In this document: positions 17,007-26,530 of the stretch, piece by piece | Numbering within the stretch: the first letter of the stretch is position 1 | Layout: the number at the start of each line of letters is the position of its first letter | Source: Halobacteroidaceae bacterium | Lineage (GTDB): Bacteria; Bacillota; Halanaerobiia; B1SED10-174 | Length of the DNA: 64,000 nt | Direction: 5' to 3' | Assembly: GCA_003551665.1 (NCBI GenBank) | Contig: PUNE01000107.1 | Coordinates: forward strand, 4,374 to 68,373 | Notes under the pieces: generated by a model | The model's input: only the letters and a program-made list of their open reading frames with translations | Databases searched by the model: none | What the model was told of the DNA's origin: nothing | Translations under genes and position numbers: made by a program

Positions 17007-17885
17007 ATGAATATTGGGAAGATTTACCGCTTCCTGGTTATCACTTTTTTTATGAGCTGGCTTCTGGCCCTGATTTTTTACCTTTCAGGGCTGCAGTTTG
17101 TTGGCCTCTGGGGGACAGTTTTTGGCGTGGTGTATATGTTTATGCCTTTTTTGGGGGTTGTCATTGTCCAAAAACTGGAAGGGAAACCTGTTTTTGCACC
17201 CATGGGTATCAAGTGGAAAATTAACTGGTGGTGGGTTCTGGCCTTGCTTTTACCCGCGCTTCTGGCAGCAATGGCCATGGGAGTAGCCCTTTTATTCCCC
17301 GGCGTGGAATATTCTCCAGAGATGGCGGGTCTTTTTGAGCGTTTCAGTGACCTGCTTTCTCCCCAAGACATTGAGCAAATGGAAACACAACTGGCTGAAA
17401 TGCCCCTCAATCCATTTTTGCTTACCCTCCTCCAGGGCCTTTTATTTGGTCTAACGATAAATGCAGTTGCCGGTTTTGGAGAAGAAGCGGGGTGGCGGGG
17501 TTTTTTACAGAAGGAAATGCAGTCACTGGGTTTCTGGAAATCGGCTTTTTTTATAGGAATAATCTGGGGATTGTGGCATGCCCCATTGATATTGCAGGGC
17601 CACAATTACCCCAATTATCCCCTGCTGGGAATAATAATGATGGTAATCTGGTGCATTCTCCTGTCCCCAATATTTGGCTACATAAGAATAAAAACCCGTT
17701 CAGTGATCGGCCCCAGCATTTTACACGGTTCTCTAAATGCAAACTTTGGTCTTTCTTTAATGTATATAAGCGGGGGTAGTGAATTGACGGTAGGGATGGC
17801 CGGACTGGCAGGTTTTATCGTCCTGGGTCTGGCCAACCTCGTTATATTTTTGTTAGATCGTAATCCCGGAAAAATTGAAACCTGA
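17007..17885 (+). CDS. CPBP (CAAX/Abi) family intramembrane metalloprotease
   Basis: Multi-TM protein with EEAGWRGF (EExxxR), WGLWH and SILHGSLN motifs. Start moved to ATG 17007 (GGGAGGG SD). Confidence 0.82.
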   Translation: MNIGKIYRFLVITFFMSWLLALIFYLSGLQFVGLWGTVFGVVYMFMPFLGVVIVQKLEGKPVFAPMGIKWKINWWWVLALLLPALLAAMAMGVALLFPGVEYSPEMAGLFERFSDLLSPQDIEQMETQLAEMPLNPFLLTLLQGLLFGLTINAVAGFGEEAGWRGFLQKEMQSLGFWKSAFFIGIIWGLWHAPLILQGHNYPNYPLLGIIMMVIWCILLSPIFGYIRIKTRSVIGPSILHGSLNANFGLSLMYISGGSELTVGMAGLAGFIVLGLANLVIFLLDRNPGKIET

Positions 17886-17919
17886 AAGGTATAAATCAAC
17901 TTGAGAGGCAGGAACAAAA

Positions 17920-18699
17920 ATGTCTTTATTTTCCCAGTTTATTTTATTCGCAGTTCCAGGAGTCCTGGTTTACTTCGGTATTTATTATTGGACCCCAGAA
18001 CAATTAAAAAGGGGGAAAAACCTGCTTTGCGCTTTCTTTTTTTTCCTGTGGGTGCCGATAATCCCCCTTTTACCTCTTGCTTTTTTCTTTTTTGTGATCC
18101 TTGAAGGGGGTAGTATTTCCTCCCAGGAAATCGTGGAGAGGTTCCGCCTGGTCCCCATCCAAAGAGGAGATTGGCTTATTGTGATCGGGGCTTTAGTTGC
18201 TACTCTCTTTTTTGACCAGGTTCTGGAACCGGTTGGGAAAAAACTGGCCCGGATTGAGTTTCTAAAGCCTCCAGATTACCTTCCTGCACCATTCAATCCA
18301 TTAAAAAAGTTTAAATTTCCTCCCAGGGAGTTTATGGGTTCACCTCTGCTGGGTAACTGGAAGCTGCTTTTCTCATTTATTCCCCTGCATATTATTGCCA
18401 TGTTAAGTGAGGAGATAATGTGGCGTGGATACATCCTGCCCCTGCAGCAGGGAATATTTGGAGATCTGGCCTGGCTGGTGAACGGGCTTATGTGGGCCTG
18501 GCTCGTTCACTTTGGACTGAAATGGCATTTCATTGGTATGCTTCCGGGAATGTTAATTGCCCCCTGGATTGCTCAACATACAGGTTCAACCCTTGCTGCT
18601 TTTGTTGTGCATGCAGGGGCAAATTCAATCCTCTGGGTCTTATTGTTCCTTGGTGTTTTAGGGCTGGGAGAAAGAACCCGGGAAAAGCCGGTTGAATAG
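17920..18699 (+). CDS. CPBP (CAAX/Abi) family intramembrane metalloprotease, second paralogue
   Basis: Multi-TM protein with SEEIMWRGY (EExxxR), WLVHF and FVVHAGANS motifs. Confidence 0.8.
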   Translation: MSLFSQFILFAVPGVLVYFGIYYWTPEQLKRGKNLLCAFFFFLWVPIIPLLPLAFFFFVILEGGSISSQEIVERFRLVPIQRGDWLIVIGALVATLFFDQVLEPVGKKLARIEFLKPPDYLPAPFNPLKKFKFPPREFMGSPLLGNWKLLFSFIPLHIIAMLSEEIMWRGYILPLQQGIFGDLAWLVNGLMWAWLVHFGLKWHFIGMLPGMLIAPWIAQHTGSTLAAFVVHAGANSILWVLLFLGVLGLGERTREKPVE

Positions 18700-18709
18700 A
18701 GGTGGGTAA

Positions 18710-19666
18710 ATGGGTTTTGTAATTAAGAGTATGGAACAGGAGCACCTTCAGGGAGCTTTAAAGCTGGTTCTGGAAGGGTACAGGGAAGAGAAAGAAGCTG
18801 TTCCCTTTTTACCGGAAGAAAAAGAACTCCTGGAGAGCATTCAAAGCCCTCTAAAGGCCATGTTAGCCCAGGAAAAGGGTCTCGTGGCCATGCAGGAAGA
18901 CAGGGTAATGGGTTTTATCATTGGCTATTCTGCAGAAAGGCTTTTCGGGAATTGCCGGGGCATTTATGTTCCCCTTTTTGGGCAGGGAGCAAAAAAGGAA
19001 CGCCGGCAGGCAATATACCGGGACCTTTACGCCCGGGCAGCGGAGCAATGGGTGGAGGAAGAAAAATTTACTCATGCCATTACATTTTTTGCCCATGACC
19101 GGGAAGCAATAGATACCTGGTTCTGGCTCGGTTTTGGCCTGCGCTGTGTGGATGCAATAAGGAAAACAGAACTGATTGAAACCAGTTGTAGAAAGATAGA
19201 TGTTAAAAAAGCGGAATTTGAAGATCTGCCTTTAATTACCTCTCTCTACGAGGACCATTGCAGCTATTACTGCCATTCACCAATTTTCATGCAAAAAAGC
19301 TGTGAAAACCCCCTGCAGGAACTGGAGGAGTGGCTGGCGGAGGAAAATCACCACCTGTGGTTTGCCCTGGAAGGAGGGAAACCACTAGGCTACATGCAGC
19401 TTGAGCCTACTGGAGAAACTTTTGTTTCCACTCACCCCCAGGTTATGAATATAACGGGAGCTTTCGTGGAAGAAAAAGCCCGGTGCCGGGGAACGGGGAG
19501 GGTCCTTCTTGCAGCAACCCAGCAATGGCTCCAGGAAAAAGATTACCTTTTATGCGGTGTGGACTTTGAGTCCCTGAATATCGCCGGCAGTAAGTTCTGG
19601 AACCGCTTTTTTGTTCCCTACACTTTCAGCCTGGTCAGGCGTATTGATGAAAGATTGAAGGAGTGA
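18710..19666 (+). CDS. GNAT-family N-acetyltransferase (two-lobed, 318 aa)
   Basis: The acetyl-CoA-loop-like RCRGTGRVLL in the C-terminal half, plus the overall GNAT pattern. The substrate is unknown. Confidence 0.65.
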   Translation: MGFVIKSMEQEHLQGALKLVLEGYREEKEAVPFLPEEKELLESIQSPLKAMLAQEKGLVAMQEDRVMGFIIGYSAERLFGNCRGIYVPLFGQGAKKERRQAIYRDLYARAAEQWVEEEKFTHAITFFAHDREAIDTWFWLGFGLRCVDAIRKTELIETSCRKIDVKKAEFEDLPLITSLYEDHCSYYCHSPIFMQKSCENPLQELEEWLAEENHHLWFALEGGKPLGYMQLEPTGETFVSTHPQVMNITGAFVEEKARCRGTGRVLLAATQQWLQEKDYLLCGVDFESLNIAGSKFWNRFFVPYTFSLVRRIDERLKE

Positions 19667-20463
19667 GAAGGTGTATGCATGCCAGCTATATGTCAATTAA
19701 AGAAAGCGGTTGTGAGGTTTTATTTAAAGAAGGTGATGAACAAAACGCCCGAAAAACAATGGAATTTTTAAAAAACTCGGTCAATTTCCTTTCACAGTAT
19801 TTCGGGATTACTCCCCCGGGTAACCTGCGGTTATTCCTGGTTCAGGACAGGGGAGAATTTGACCGACTGGTGGTTGATCTGCTGGGAGTGGATATTGAGA
19901 TCCCCTCCAATCCCGGCCGCCTGGCTCAGCCCCAGAAAAAAGACATGGTATTTATTTCCCCTGCAGCCTATGGTGAGCATTCTACCTATGAGTTTAACCC
20001 CGAAGAATTTGAGAGGCTGGTTTTCCATGAAACCACGCACGTATTTGAGGAATATCTTTCTCCCAATATCGAGTTAATGCCCCGCTGGTGGAGCGAAGGA
20101 CTGGCAGTGTATGTTTCAGGGCACTGGCAGTTTCGCGACCAGTTTAAGTTCCGGAAGGCGGTAGAAAAGAACCTTCCCGAGGGAAAAATCCCCGATTTCG
20201 AAGAAATCAATCGCAGTATTGACCTTTCTTATGACTGGGGCTGGACACTGGTCATGTTTATCGAAAAGACCCTGGGTAAAGAGGCCATTCGGAAGGCAGT
20301 AATGGAATGTGGGGATGGTAATATTCCTGAAACCCTTGGCTGGAAAAAGGATGATTTTGAAAGAGAGTGGAAAGAATGGCTCCTGGGAGAGGGGAAAGAA
20401 CTAATCGGGATTCAGAGGGGAAAGGGTGATTGCTTTGAAAAAAGGATCAGAAGAAGAAGGTAA
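19663..20463 (+). CDS. Peptidase_MA_2-like zinc metallopeptidase
   Basis: HETTH (HExxH) followed by WWSEGLAVY, the third-ligand region of MA-clan enzymes. It overlaps the upstream stop by 4 nt. The start could be an internal ATG (19675 or 19690). Confidence 0.65.
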   Translation: MRRCMHASYMSIKESGCEVLFKEGDEQNARKTMEFLKNSVNFLSQYFGITPPGNLRLFLVQDRGEFDRLVVDLLGVDIEIPSNPGRLAQPQKKDMVFISPAAYGEHSTYEFNPEEFERLVFHETTHVFEEYLSPNIELMPRWWSEGLAVYVSGHWQFRDQFKFRKAVEKNLPEGKIPDFEEINRSIDLSYDWGWTLVMFIEKTLGKEAIRKAVMECGDGNIPETLGWKKDDFEREWKEWLLGEGKELIGIQRGKGDCFEKRIRRRR

Positions 20464-20971
20464 AGCCAGGGAAAATTTTTCCCGGAAAGAAATTGACCTC
20501 CTGATCTGGTTCCTTGAAGAAGCCTATCGGGAGGATCGCAGCCACTCCCTGCTGGGGAACCTGCGGCGGCTCAGGGCCGAAGACTGGACAAGGGTACCCC
20601 TGGAAGGGGGCCGTTCTATCGCTTCCATCCTGGAACATGTGGGCTGGGCCAAATGGATGTACCAGGATTATGCTTTTGGAACCGCCTCCCTGCGGGGAGA
20701 CCGCCCGCCCATGACTCCTGACGGGGAGCGGGCTTCCCGACCCATTGATGACCTGCTTCAATGGCTGGATGAGGGGCATAAGATTCTTGTGGAATCGGTC
20801 AGGGAACTGCAGGATGATACAGAGCTTGATCGGCGCAGGCTTACCAACTGGGGGGAAGAAATGGAAACCCGGAATATTATCCGGATTATGATTGCCCACG
20901 ACCACTACCACGCCGGAGAAATAAATCACATCAGGGCTTTGCTTCATGGAGATGATCGCTGGCGTTATTAG
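20426..20971 (+). CDS. DinB/YfiT-like metal-dependent four-helix-bundle protein
   Basis: Conserved His pattern including IASILEHVG and the C-terminal AHDHYHAGEINHI. GTG start with a GAGGGG SD; it overlaps the upstream gene by 38 nt. Confidence 0.7.
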   Translation: MIALKKGSEEEGKARENFSRKEIDLLIWFLEEAYREDRSHSLLGNLRRLRAEDWTRVPLEGGRSIASILEHVGWAKWMYQDYAFGTASLRGDRPPMTPDGERASRPIDDLLQWLDEGHKILVESVRELQDDTELDRRRLTNWGEEMETRNIIRIMIAHDHYHAGEINHIRALLHGDDRWRY

Positions 20972-21097
20972 GGTTTTATTTAATCCCCAAATTTTACCCC
21001 AGTTGCAAAGGTTAAATCCGGGGTGGTTTCTGGAAAAGAAGCGGGTGAAGGAATCAGGGCTTTAATTTTGGGAATATACCAGCTGGGAGGTGCCAGG

Positions 21098-21853
21098 TTG
21101 GATAAAGAAAAACTGCGTGGGGCAATAAAAGATGAGCGGTTTCCACGTTCTGCGGCTTATGACCCGGAATGGATGATAAAAAATGAAATGGGCCCCAGTG
21201 CCGTATGGCTCATGGAATTTTTAACAGAAGCAGTTGAATTAAAACCGGGGATGAAGGTTCTGGACATGGGGTGTGGTAAGGCCATCAGTTCTATTTTCCT
21301 GGCCCGGGAATTTGGGGTGCAGGTCTGGGCAACGGACCTCTGGATCAGTGCCAGCGATAACCTGGAAAGGATCCAGGAGGCTGGAGTTGAGGACAGGGTT
21401 TTTCCCATTCATGCTGAAGCCCATGCCCTGCCCTATGCCCGCGATTTTTTTGATGCAATAGTGAGTGCCGACGCCTACCACTATTTTGGAACCAGCGAAC
21501 TATACCTGCACTATTTCATCAGGTTCTTAAAACCCGGCGGGCAGATCGGAATTGTTGTCCCGGGGTTAAAAAAAGAATTTTCCGATGGGGTTCCGGAAAA
21601 GCTGGAGCCTTACTGGGAAAGCGAATTTTTTACTTTCCACTCCCCTGCCTGGTGGAAGGAACTCTGGAATAGGTCAGGCCTTTTAGATGTCGAGGTAGCT
21701 GATGACATGCCCGATGGCTGGGAGGTATGGTTGAAGTGGGAAAACCTTGCAAGGGAATCCGGGTTGTGGAGCAGGGAAGGTGATGTTGGCCTGCTGGAGG
21801 CAGATAAGGGGGAATACCTGGGTTTTACCAGGGTTGTTGGCCGGCGAAGGTAA
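21098..21853 (+). CDS. Class I SAM-dependent methyltransferase
   Basis: Motif I VLDMGCGKA and post-I ATDLW. Start placed at TTG 21098 (GGGAGG SD 7 nt upstream) rather than the track GTG at 21023. Confidence 0.75.
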   Translation: MDKEKLRGAIKDERFPRSAAYDPEWMIKNEMGPSAVWLMEFLTEAVELKPGMKVLDMGCGKAISSIFLAREFGVQVWATDLWISASDNLERIQEAGVEDRVFPIHAEAHALPYARDFFDAIVSADAYHYFGTSELYLHYFIRFLKPGGQIGIVVPGLKKEFSDGVPEKLEPYWESEFFTFHSPAWWKELWNRSGLLDVEVADDMPDGWEVWLKWENLARESGLWSREGDVGLLEADKGEYLGFTRVVGRRR

Positions 21854-21877
21854 AAAAACAAAACAGGGGGCAGAGCA

Positions 21878-22348
21878 TTGGCAGAGAAGAAAAGTTCAGT
21901 GAGAACAATGTGGCAGAAGTTTCTGGGGACAGGGAAAATCTCCGAGGACACCCCTTATTCATCCTGGCAATTTGGAGCAGACGAAAAAACTGCAACGGAA
22001 CTGGTAGAACTGGTTATCGAGGGAAAAAAGAAGGCAACGGCTTCCCTGCACAAAATATATAAGTACATTGACGAAGAACTGCCCCGGGCAGGAGATTACA
22101 GTGTCATAACCGATGGAAAAGGTCAGGCAGGGTGTATAATAAAAACAACAGAGGTTAACATTGTCCCTTTCAACCTGGTTTCAGAGGAGTTTGCCCGGAA
22201 AGAAGGAGAAGGGGATAAAACCCTGGATTACTGGCGGAAAGTCCACAGGAAATTTTTCTCCATGGACCTTGAGGAAATTGCCGGGGAGAAATTTTCTGAT
22301 GAAATGCTTGTTGTGTGTGAAGAATTTGAGCTGGTCTTTACCGGGTGA
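21878..22348 (+). CDS. ASCH-domain (PUA-like) protein
   Basis: 156 aa. The pattern SWQFG..ELVELVIEGKKKATAS..EGEGD fits ASCH-family proteins. Confidence 0.65.
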   Translation: MAEKKSSVRTMWQKFLGTGKISEDTPYSSWQFGADEKTATELVELVIEGKKKATASLHKIYKYIDEELPRAGDYSVITDGKGQAGCIIKTTEVNIVPFNLVSEEFARKEGEGDKTLDYWRKVHRKFFSMDLEEIAGEKFSDEMLVVCEEFELVFTG

Positions 22349-22449
22349 AGAATTATTTTTTGGTTGCGGATTAAATCCAGTATTATTTTCAGCTCAGGGG
22401 AAAAAATTCTTAGGCCCCGCTGAAATAGTTTGGCTGAGAAAAAATTAAA

Positions 22450-22478
22450 GGAGCCCCGAAGGGCTCCTGATTTTATTT
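22450..22478. terminator. Bidirectional terminator ending the seven-gene operon and the convergent lipoprotein gene
   Basis: GGAGCCC-CGAA-GGGCTCC with A-rich upstream and T-rich downstream flanks. Confidence 0.8.
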
Positions 22479-23181
22479 ACTCAAGCAAATTGGTGCAATC
22501 ACATAGGAGCGATTTGAAAACAAATTTTGAAATTTTGAATTCGTCTGGATATTCAGCAAGTTCAAGATAGGATTTTCTGACTCTGGACAGGCTTTCATCG
22601 TTAATAGAAAGGTTTTGGATTGTAATGAGTTCAACTATCAGGAGTTCTTCCTGGGGATAATCAAGAGAAGAGATCCCGATGTAAGGCTTGTGTTGGTCGG
22701 TTTCTATATAATACTTGTACTGGTAATCCACAGAAATTTCCGTTTCGTTGAAATCCTCCACTGGAATGCTTTCCTGCCATAGCAGGTCTTCAATGAAATC
22801 TTCGAAAGCTTCTACAACTAGTTCTTTAAATTCTTCCTCATCCAGGACCTCGCGGCAGTCAAGGTAGATATCATAGTGGGCAAGAAATGCTGTGAAGTCA
22901 AGGTCTTCAACGCTCGGGAAAACAAGTTCTCCCATTAGCAGGGGATCAACTTCAAGAGGATCCAATTCCACGAATTCGGTCTGGTCAATGAAATACTGAA
23001 CCAGCTCTCCGAAATCTGTTATTAGTGTGTTGAAGAAGTCAGCCCTTGAAAGTTCCTGGATTAATTCCTCCTGATTATTTTCGTCAACTAGATCCACCTC
23101 GTTAAACAAATCGCAACCAGTTACTGCCACAACCATTACCAAAACAAGTGCCATTAGCAAAAACCTTTTACCTAAGTACAA
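22477..23181 (-). CDS. Highly acidic lipoprotein, function unknown
   Basis: Signal peptide with lipobox VTGC. The mature part is extremely Asp/Glu-rich, with no domain recognised. Confidence 0.7.
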   Translation of the reverse strand: MYLGKRFLLMALVLVMVVAVTGCDLFNEVDLVDENNQEELIQELSRADFFNTLITDFGELVQYFIDQTEFVELDPLEVDPLLMGELVFPSVEDLDFTAFLAHYDIYLDCREVLDEEEFKELVVEAFEDFIEDLLWQESIPVEDFNETEISVDYQYKYYIETDQHKPYIGISSLDYPQEELLIVELITIQNLSINDESLSRVRKSYLELAEYPDEFKISKFVFKSLLCDCTNLLE

Positions 23182-23648
23182 TTAATGCACCCCTTTCTTT
23201 TCAAATTGGTTAAATAATTCTCCCTATAGAAGAATTATCCTTCATCTTTATAAAATTTTATTGTATGAAAATTTTTGGGATTTAGACCCAAAAAATTTGT
23301 TTTTGCCTGTTTAGTAACTTTGAAAAAGAAAGAGGACCCAATTAATAGGGATTTTATTGCAAGACTTTGAAAAAACATAAAATACCTAAAAAAAGAAGAG
23401 AAAAAACTGAAATAATAAAAGGGAAGGGTAAGGGAAGCAATTACAGGAACAGTTAACGGCCTTTTTCCGCAAGATAAAGCGAATAAAAGAGGGGGTAAGA
23501 ATAAAAAGTTTGCAAAGGAAGGATTAGAGAGAAAAAAATAGAAAATAATTTAACGAGACAAATTAATGGGAGTTTCTAATTTTCCCTTGCTTAAAAGATA
23601 GATCCCGCTAATCTGGGTGCATTATAATCGAGAAAAGGAGGAGTGGAG

Positions 23649-24584
23649 ATGAAACTTAGAAAAGGTTTTTGGCTTAGCGCGATTTTCGTTTTCCTGTTTT
23701 TCACGGTCTTTTCTGTAACACCCGCCGGGGCAAGCAACCTGATTATCCTCCACACCAATGATATCCACGGCCGAATTGAAATGAATGACGACCTGATGGG
23801 TATGCCCATAATTACTTCAATCATCCAGGATTACAGGGATAATTACGACAATGTCCTGGTTCTTGATGCCGGGGACACTATTCACGGGCGTCCCATAACC
23901 AACAGTCTCGAAGGCCGGAGCACAGTTGAAGCAATGAATATGGCAGGTTATGACGTAATGGTTCCCGGGAACCATGATTTTAATTTCGGGTATGAGAGGC
24001 TTTTGGAACTGGAAGAAAAAATGGATTTCGACCTTGTTGCTACTAACGTATTAAAGGATGGCGAACTTCTATTCAGACCATATGTGGTCAGAGAGTTTGC
24101 TGATTTCAGCGTGGGTATTTTTGGCCTTGCAACTCCTGCAACCTATTCAACGACACACCCTGATAATATTGTTGGAATTGAATTTTCCGACATGGTTGAG
24201 GCGGCAAGAAAATATGTTGATATTCTCCGCGATGAATACCAGGTGGACCTGGTAATTGCGCTGGGTCACGTCGGGTTTGGGGGAGATAACCCTTCCACCA
24301 GGGTTGCCCAAGAAGTTGAAGGGATTGACCTTTTTGTGGACGGGCACAGCCACAGCCGCCTTCCGGAAGGGGAATGGCACCACGGAACACTATTTGTCCA
24401 GGCTTATGAATATACCAAGTACCTTGGTAAGGTGGAGATTGACCTTTCCGGGGATGAACCCGTAATGAGTGCCTTATTGATTTCAGCAGAAGAAGCGTAT
24501 GCGCAATACGAACCTTCCTCCGAAATGGTAGAATTACTGGACAAAGCCCGAGAGGAAGTCCGGCAGAAACTGCTTGGGTTTTAG
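23649..24584 (+). CDS. Secreted metallophosphoesterase corresponding to the N-terminal half of a UshA-type 5'-nucleotidase
   Basis: Signal peptide, then calcineurin-like motifs HTNDIHGR, DAGDTIHG, GNHDF, GHVG and DGHSH. ATG 23649 follows an AAGGAGG SD. Confidence 0.85.
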   Translation: MKLRKGFWLSAIFVFLFFTVFSVTPAGASNLIILHTNDIHGRIEMNDDLMGMPIITSIIQDYRDNYDNVLVLDAGDTIHGRPITNSLEGRSTVEAMNMAGYDVMVPGNHDFNFGYERLLELEEKMDFDLVATNVLKDGELLFRPYVVREFADFSVGIFGLATPATYSTTHPDNIVGIEFSDMVEAARKYVDILRDEYQVDLVIALGHVGFGGDNPSTRVAQEVEGIDLFVDGHSHSRLPEGEWHHGTLFVQAYEYTKYLGKVEIDLSGDEPVMSALLISAEEAYAQYEPSSEMVELLDKAREEVRQKLLGF

Positions 24585-24657
24585 TCTGAAATCAGACAGG
24601 GACGGGCAACAAACCCGGGAAAGCCCGGGAAAAATATAATAAAACGGGAGGGATTTG

Positions 24658-25326
24658 ATGAAAAGGAACAGTGTAAAGGCGATTCTGCTTGTAACTTTGG
24701 CTTTCCTACTGGCTTTTTCTGCGCAGGTTTTGGCTCTGGATACCGAAATTGGAGAAACCCTTGTTTACCTGGTTGGTGATCGAGAGCATGTAAGGTCCCA
24801 GGAAACCAACCTGGGGAATCTGGTTTGTGACATTCTCCGCTATTTCTCAGGTGCAGATGTTGCTGTATATAACGGTGGTGGTATCCGGGCTGCAGCCGGT
24901 ATGGGCGCGATTACAATTGAAAATGCAATGGATATAATGGCTTTTGAAAATATGGTTGTAACTCTGGAATTAACCGGAGCAGAAATTATTGAAGCTCTGG
25001 AGCGGGGTGTAAGGTCCTATCCTGAAGCCTCGGGTGCTTTTCTCCAGGTCAGCGGAATGAGGTTCTATTTTAACCCCAACAACCCTGAAGGAGAAAGAGT
25101 CGTTAAGGTTTATATCGGTGGAGAACCAATTGACGAAAACAAAACATATACCCTGGCAACCAATGATTTCTTGGCCGCAGGTGGGGATGATTATGCTGTT
25201 TTTGAACAGGCCCCAAAAATTGATGAACATGAGCTGAATGACCAGCAAATGTTTATCCGCTATATCCAGGAAAACAGCCCAATTTATCCCAAGGTTGAAG
25301 GAAGGATCGTTGTCCTTCACGACTAG
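24658..25326 (+). CDS. Secreted 5'-nucleotidase C-terminal (substrate-binding) domain protein
   Basis: Its own signal peptide (..SAQVLA), then ETNLGNLVCD, YNGGGIRA, FLQVSG and NDFLAAGGDDY, which are typical of 5_nucleotid_C. GGGAGGG SD 5 nt upstream. Confidence 0.85.
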   Translation: MKRNSVKAILLVTLAFLLAFSAQVLALDTEIGETLVYLVGDREHVRSQETNLGNLVCDILRYFSGADVAVYNGGGIRAAAGMGAITIENAMDIMAFENMVVTLELTGAEIIEALERGVRSYPEASGAFLQVSGMRFYFNPNNPEGERVVKVYIGGEPIDENKTYTLATNDFLAAGGDDYAVFEQAPKIDEHELNDQQMFIRYIQENSPIYPKVEGRIVVLHD

Positions 25327-25334
25327 AGAAAAAA

Positions 25335-25362
25335 ATGCCCCCTTTCCGGGGGCATTTTTTTT
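25335..25362 (+). terminator. Rho-independent terminator
   Basis: ATGCCCCC-TTTCC-GGGGGCAT followed by TTTTTTT. Confidence 0.85.
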
Positions 25363-25672
25363 GCCGAAAAGGGGACTATTTTTGTTTGGGGTTATTACTT
25401 AATAGTGAAAAAATGTTTTTAATAAATCTGCCAAGCAGTAGATGAAGCCAGAATTATAAGCGGAAATCGCGGGATTAAACTTTCAATGGGCAATTACCAG
25501 ATTGAAACGGCCAGAGAAATTGGGGCTCAATTTTTCCACAAGGGCCCCCAGAAAACCCATTCTCTGGCGCAACCGTTTTGGCTTTTTTGCGGGCATGCTG
25601 AGCTGCCTTTTTGCTCAATACCAGGGGAAACTGGCTCCCCCGCCCGGGAAATTTAATACATTAATTTAGTGA

Positions 25673-25701
25673 TTGTAGAACCCCCTGCAAAGGAGTATAA
25701 T
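25673..25701 (+). promoter_or_regulatory. Sigma-70-type promoter
   Basis: TTGTAG, a 17-nt spacer, then TATAAT, about 22 nt before the ATG at 25724. Confidence 0.4.
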
Positions 25702-25723
25702 AAACCCAAAAGGGGGTGCAGAG

Positions 25724-26434
25724 ATGAAGAGGATGGGGGTAACAGCAGCCAGGTTCTCTGTGGTTACAGCCCTTGTTTTATTCTTGTCGTTAAATGCCGG
25801 GGCCCATAAACCTGTTGATACATCTGGACCTGCAACCCGGGATGAGCCGATTGTGATAACCGAACACTTGACTTCATGGGCTGCTTACAATGAATTAAAA
25901 AAACCGGGAGAAGTCCATTATTACCGCCTTGAAGGTGTCAAAAGGGGAGAAAAAATTCACCTATCCCTGCTGGTTCCGCAGCTGGAAAGGTTTGAAGATT
26001 TCTTCCCCGTAATTGCTCTCCTGGGACCCGGGATGGAAAATGACCTGGATGGCCTGGATGAGGAAATTGTCCAAATAATGCTGAGACCTAAAGAGGGAGA
26101 AGGGGTCATCATCAGGCAGTTTCAGGAGGGAACGGAGGGGTCTTTTTTTGAACCCTTTACCCAGACCAGGTACGCAGAGCGCCAGGAAATGAATATATTT
26201 GCCCCTGAAACGGGCACTTATTATGCCGTGGTTTTTGATCCCACGGGTAATGCGGATAAATACATTTTTGCCATTGGGGAAGAGGAAAAATGGGGACTGG
26301 GGGATATCCTGACCATGCCCAGAATCTGGTGGGATGTGAGGATGTTCATGGAGAAAGAACGTTCAACCTACATCACGGCCGGGATACTTGCCTCCGGGGC
26401 AGTTTTAATCGCCATCTGGCTCCTGAAAAAATAG
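25724..26434 (+). CDS. Exported protein with a C-terminal membrane anchor, function unknown
   Basis: N-terminal signal peptide (..LNAGA) and a C-terminal TM helix (ITAGILASGAVLIAIWLL). AGGGGG SD. No domain recognised. Confidence 0.7.
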   Translation: MKRMGVTAARFSVVTALVLFLSLNAGAHKPVDTSGPATRDEPIVITEHLTSWAAYNELKKPGEVHYYRLEGVKRGEKIHLSLLVPQLERFEDFFPVIALLGPGMENDLDGLDEEIVQIMLRPKEGEGVIIRQFQEGTEGSFFEPFTQTRYAERQEMNIFAPETGTYYAVVFDPTGNADKYIFAIGEEEKWGLGDILTMPRIWWDVRMFMEKERSTYITAGILASGAVLIAIWLLKK

Positions 26435-26530
26435 GCAGGGCGGGTTTTCCAGGAGATTCTATTAGAAGAGAGAATGGGATTGTGAACAGGAGCTCATAAA
26501 ATTATGGTATAAAGGGAAGGGGAGACAAAA

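Noticed and set aside
24585-24657. The CCCGGG-AAAG-CCCGGG hairpin between the two 5'-nucleotidase halves, which resembles the CCCGGG-AAAA-CCCGGG terminator at 1274-1289. I considered whether these are copies of a dispersed repeat element.
   Set aside because: I noticed only two copies, and the shared part is a 6-bp self-complementary site plus an A-rich loop. That is too little to call a repeat family.
25471-25510. A sequence ending in ATTGAAAC (..GGGATTAAACTTTCAATGGGCAATTACCAGATTGAAAC), reminiscent of the 3' end of some CRISPR repeats, in a 360-bp gene-free spacer.
   Set aside because: There is only one copy. No regularly spaced repeats follow, and there are no cas genes in the window. It is most likely a chance resemblance.
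25486-25656. A 56-codon ATG ORF (MGNYQIETAREIGAQFFHKG..) in the same spacer, just below the 60-aa track threshold.
   Set aside because: It has no Shine-Dalgarno sequence, no recognisable domain and an unremarkable composition. I cannot support it as a gene.
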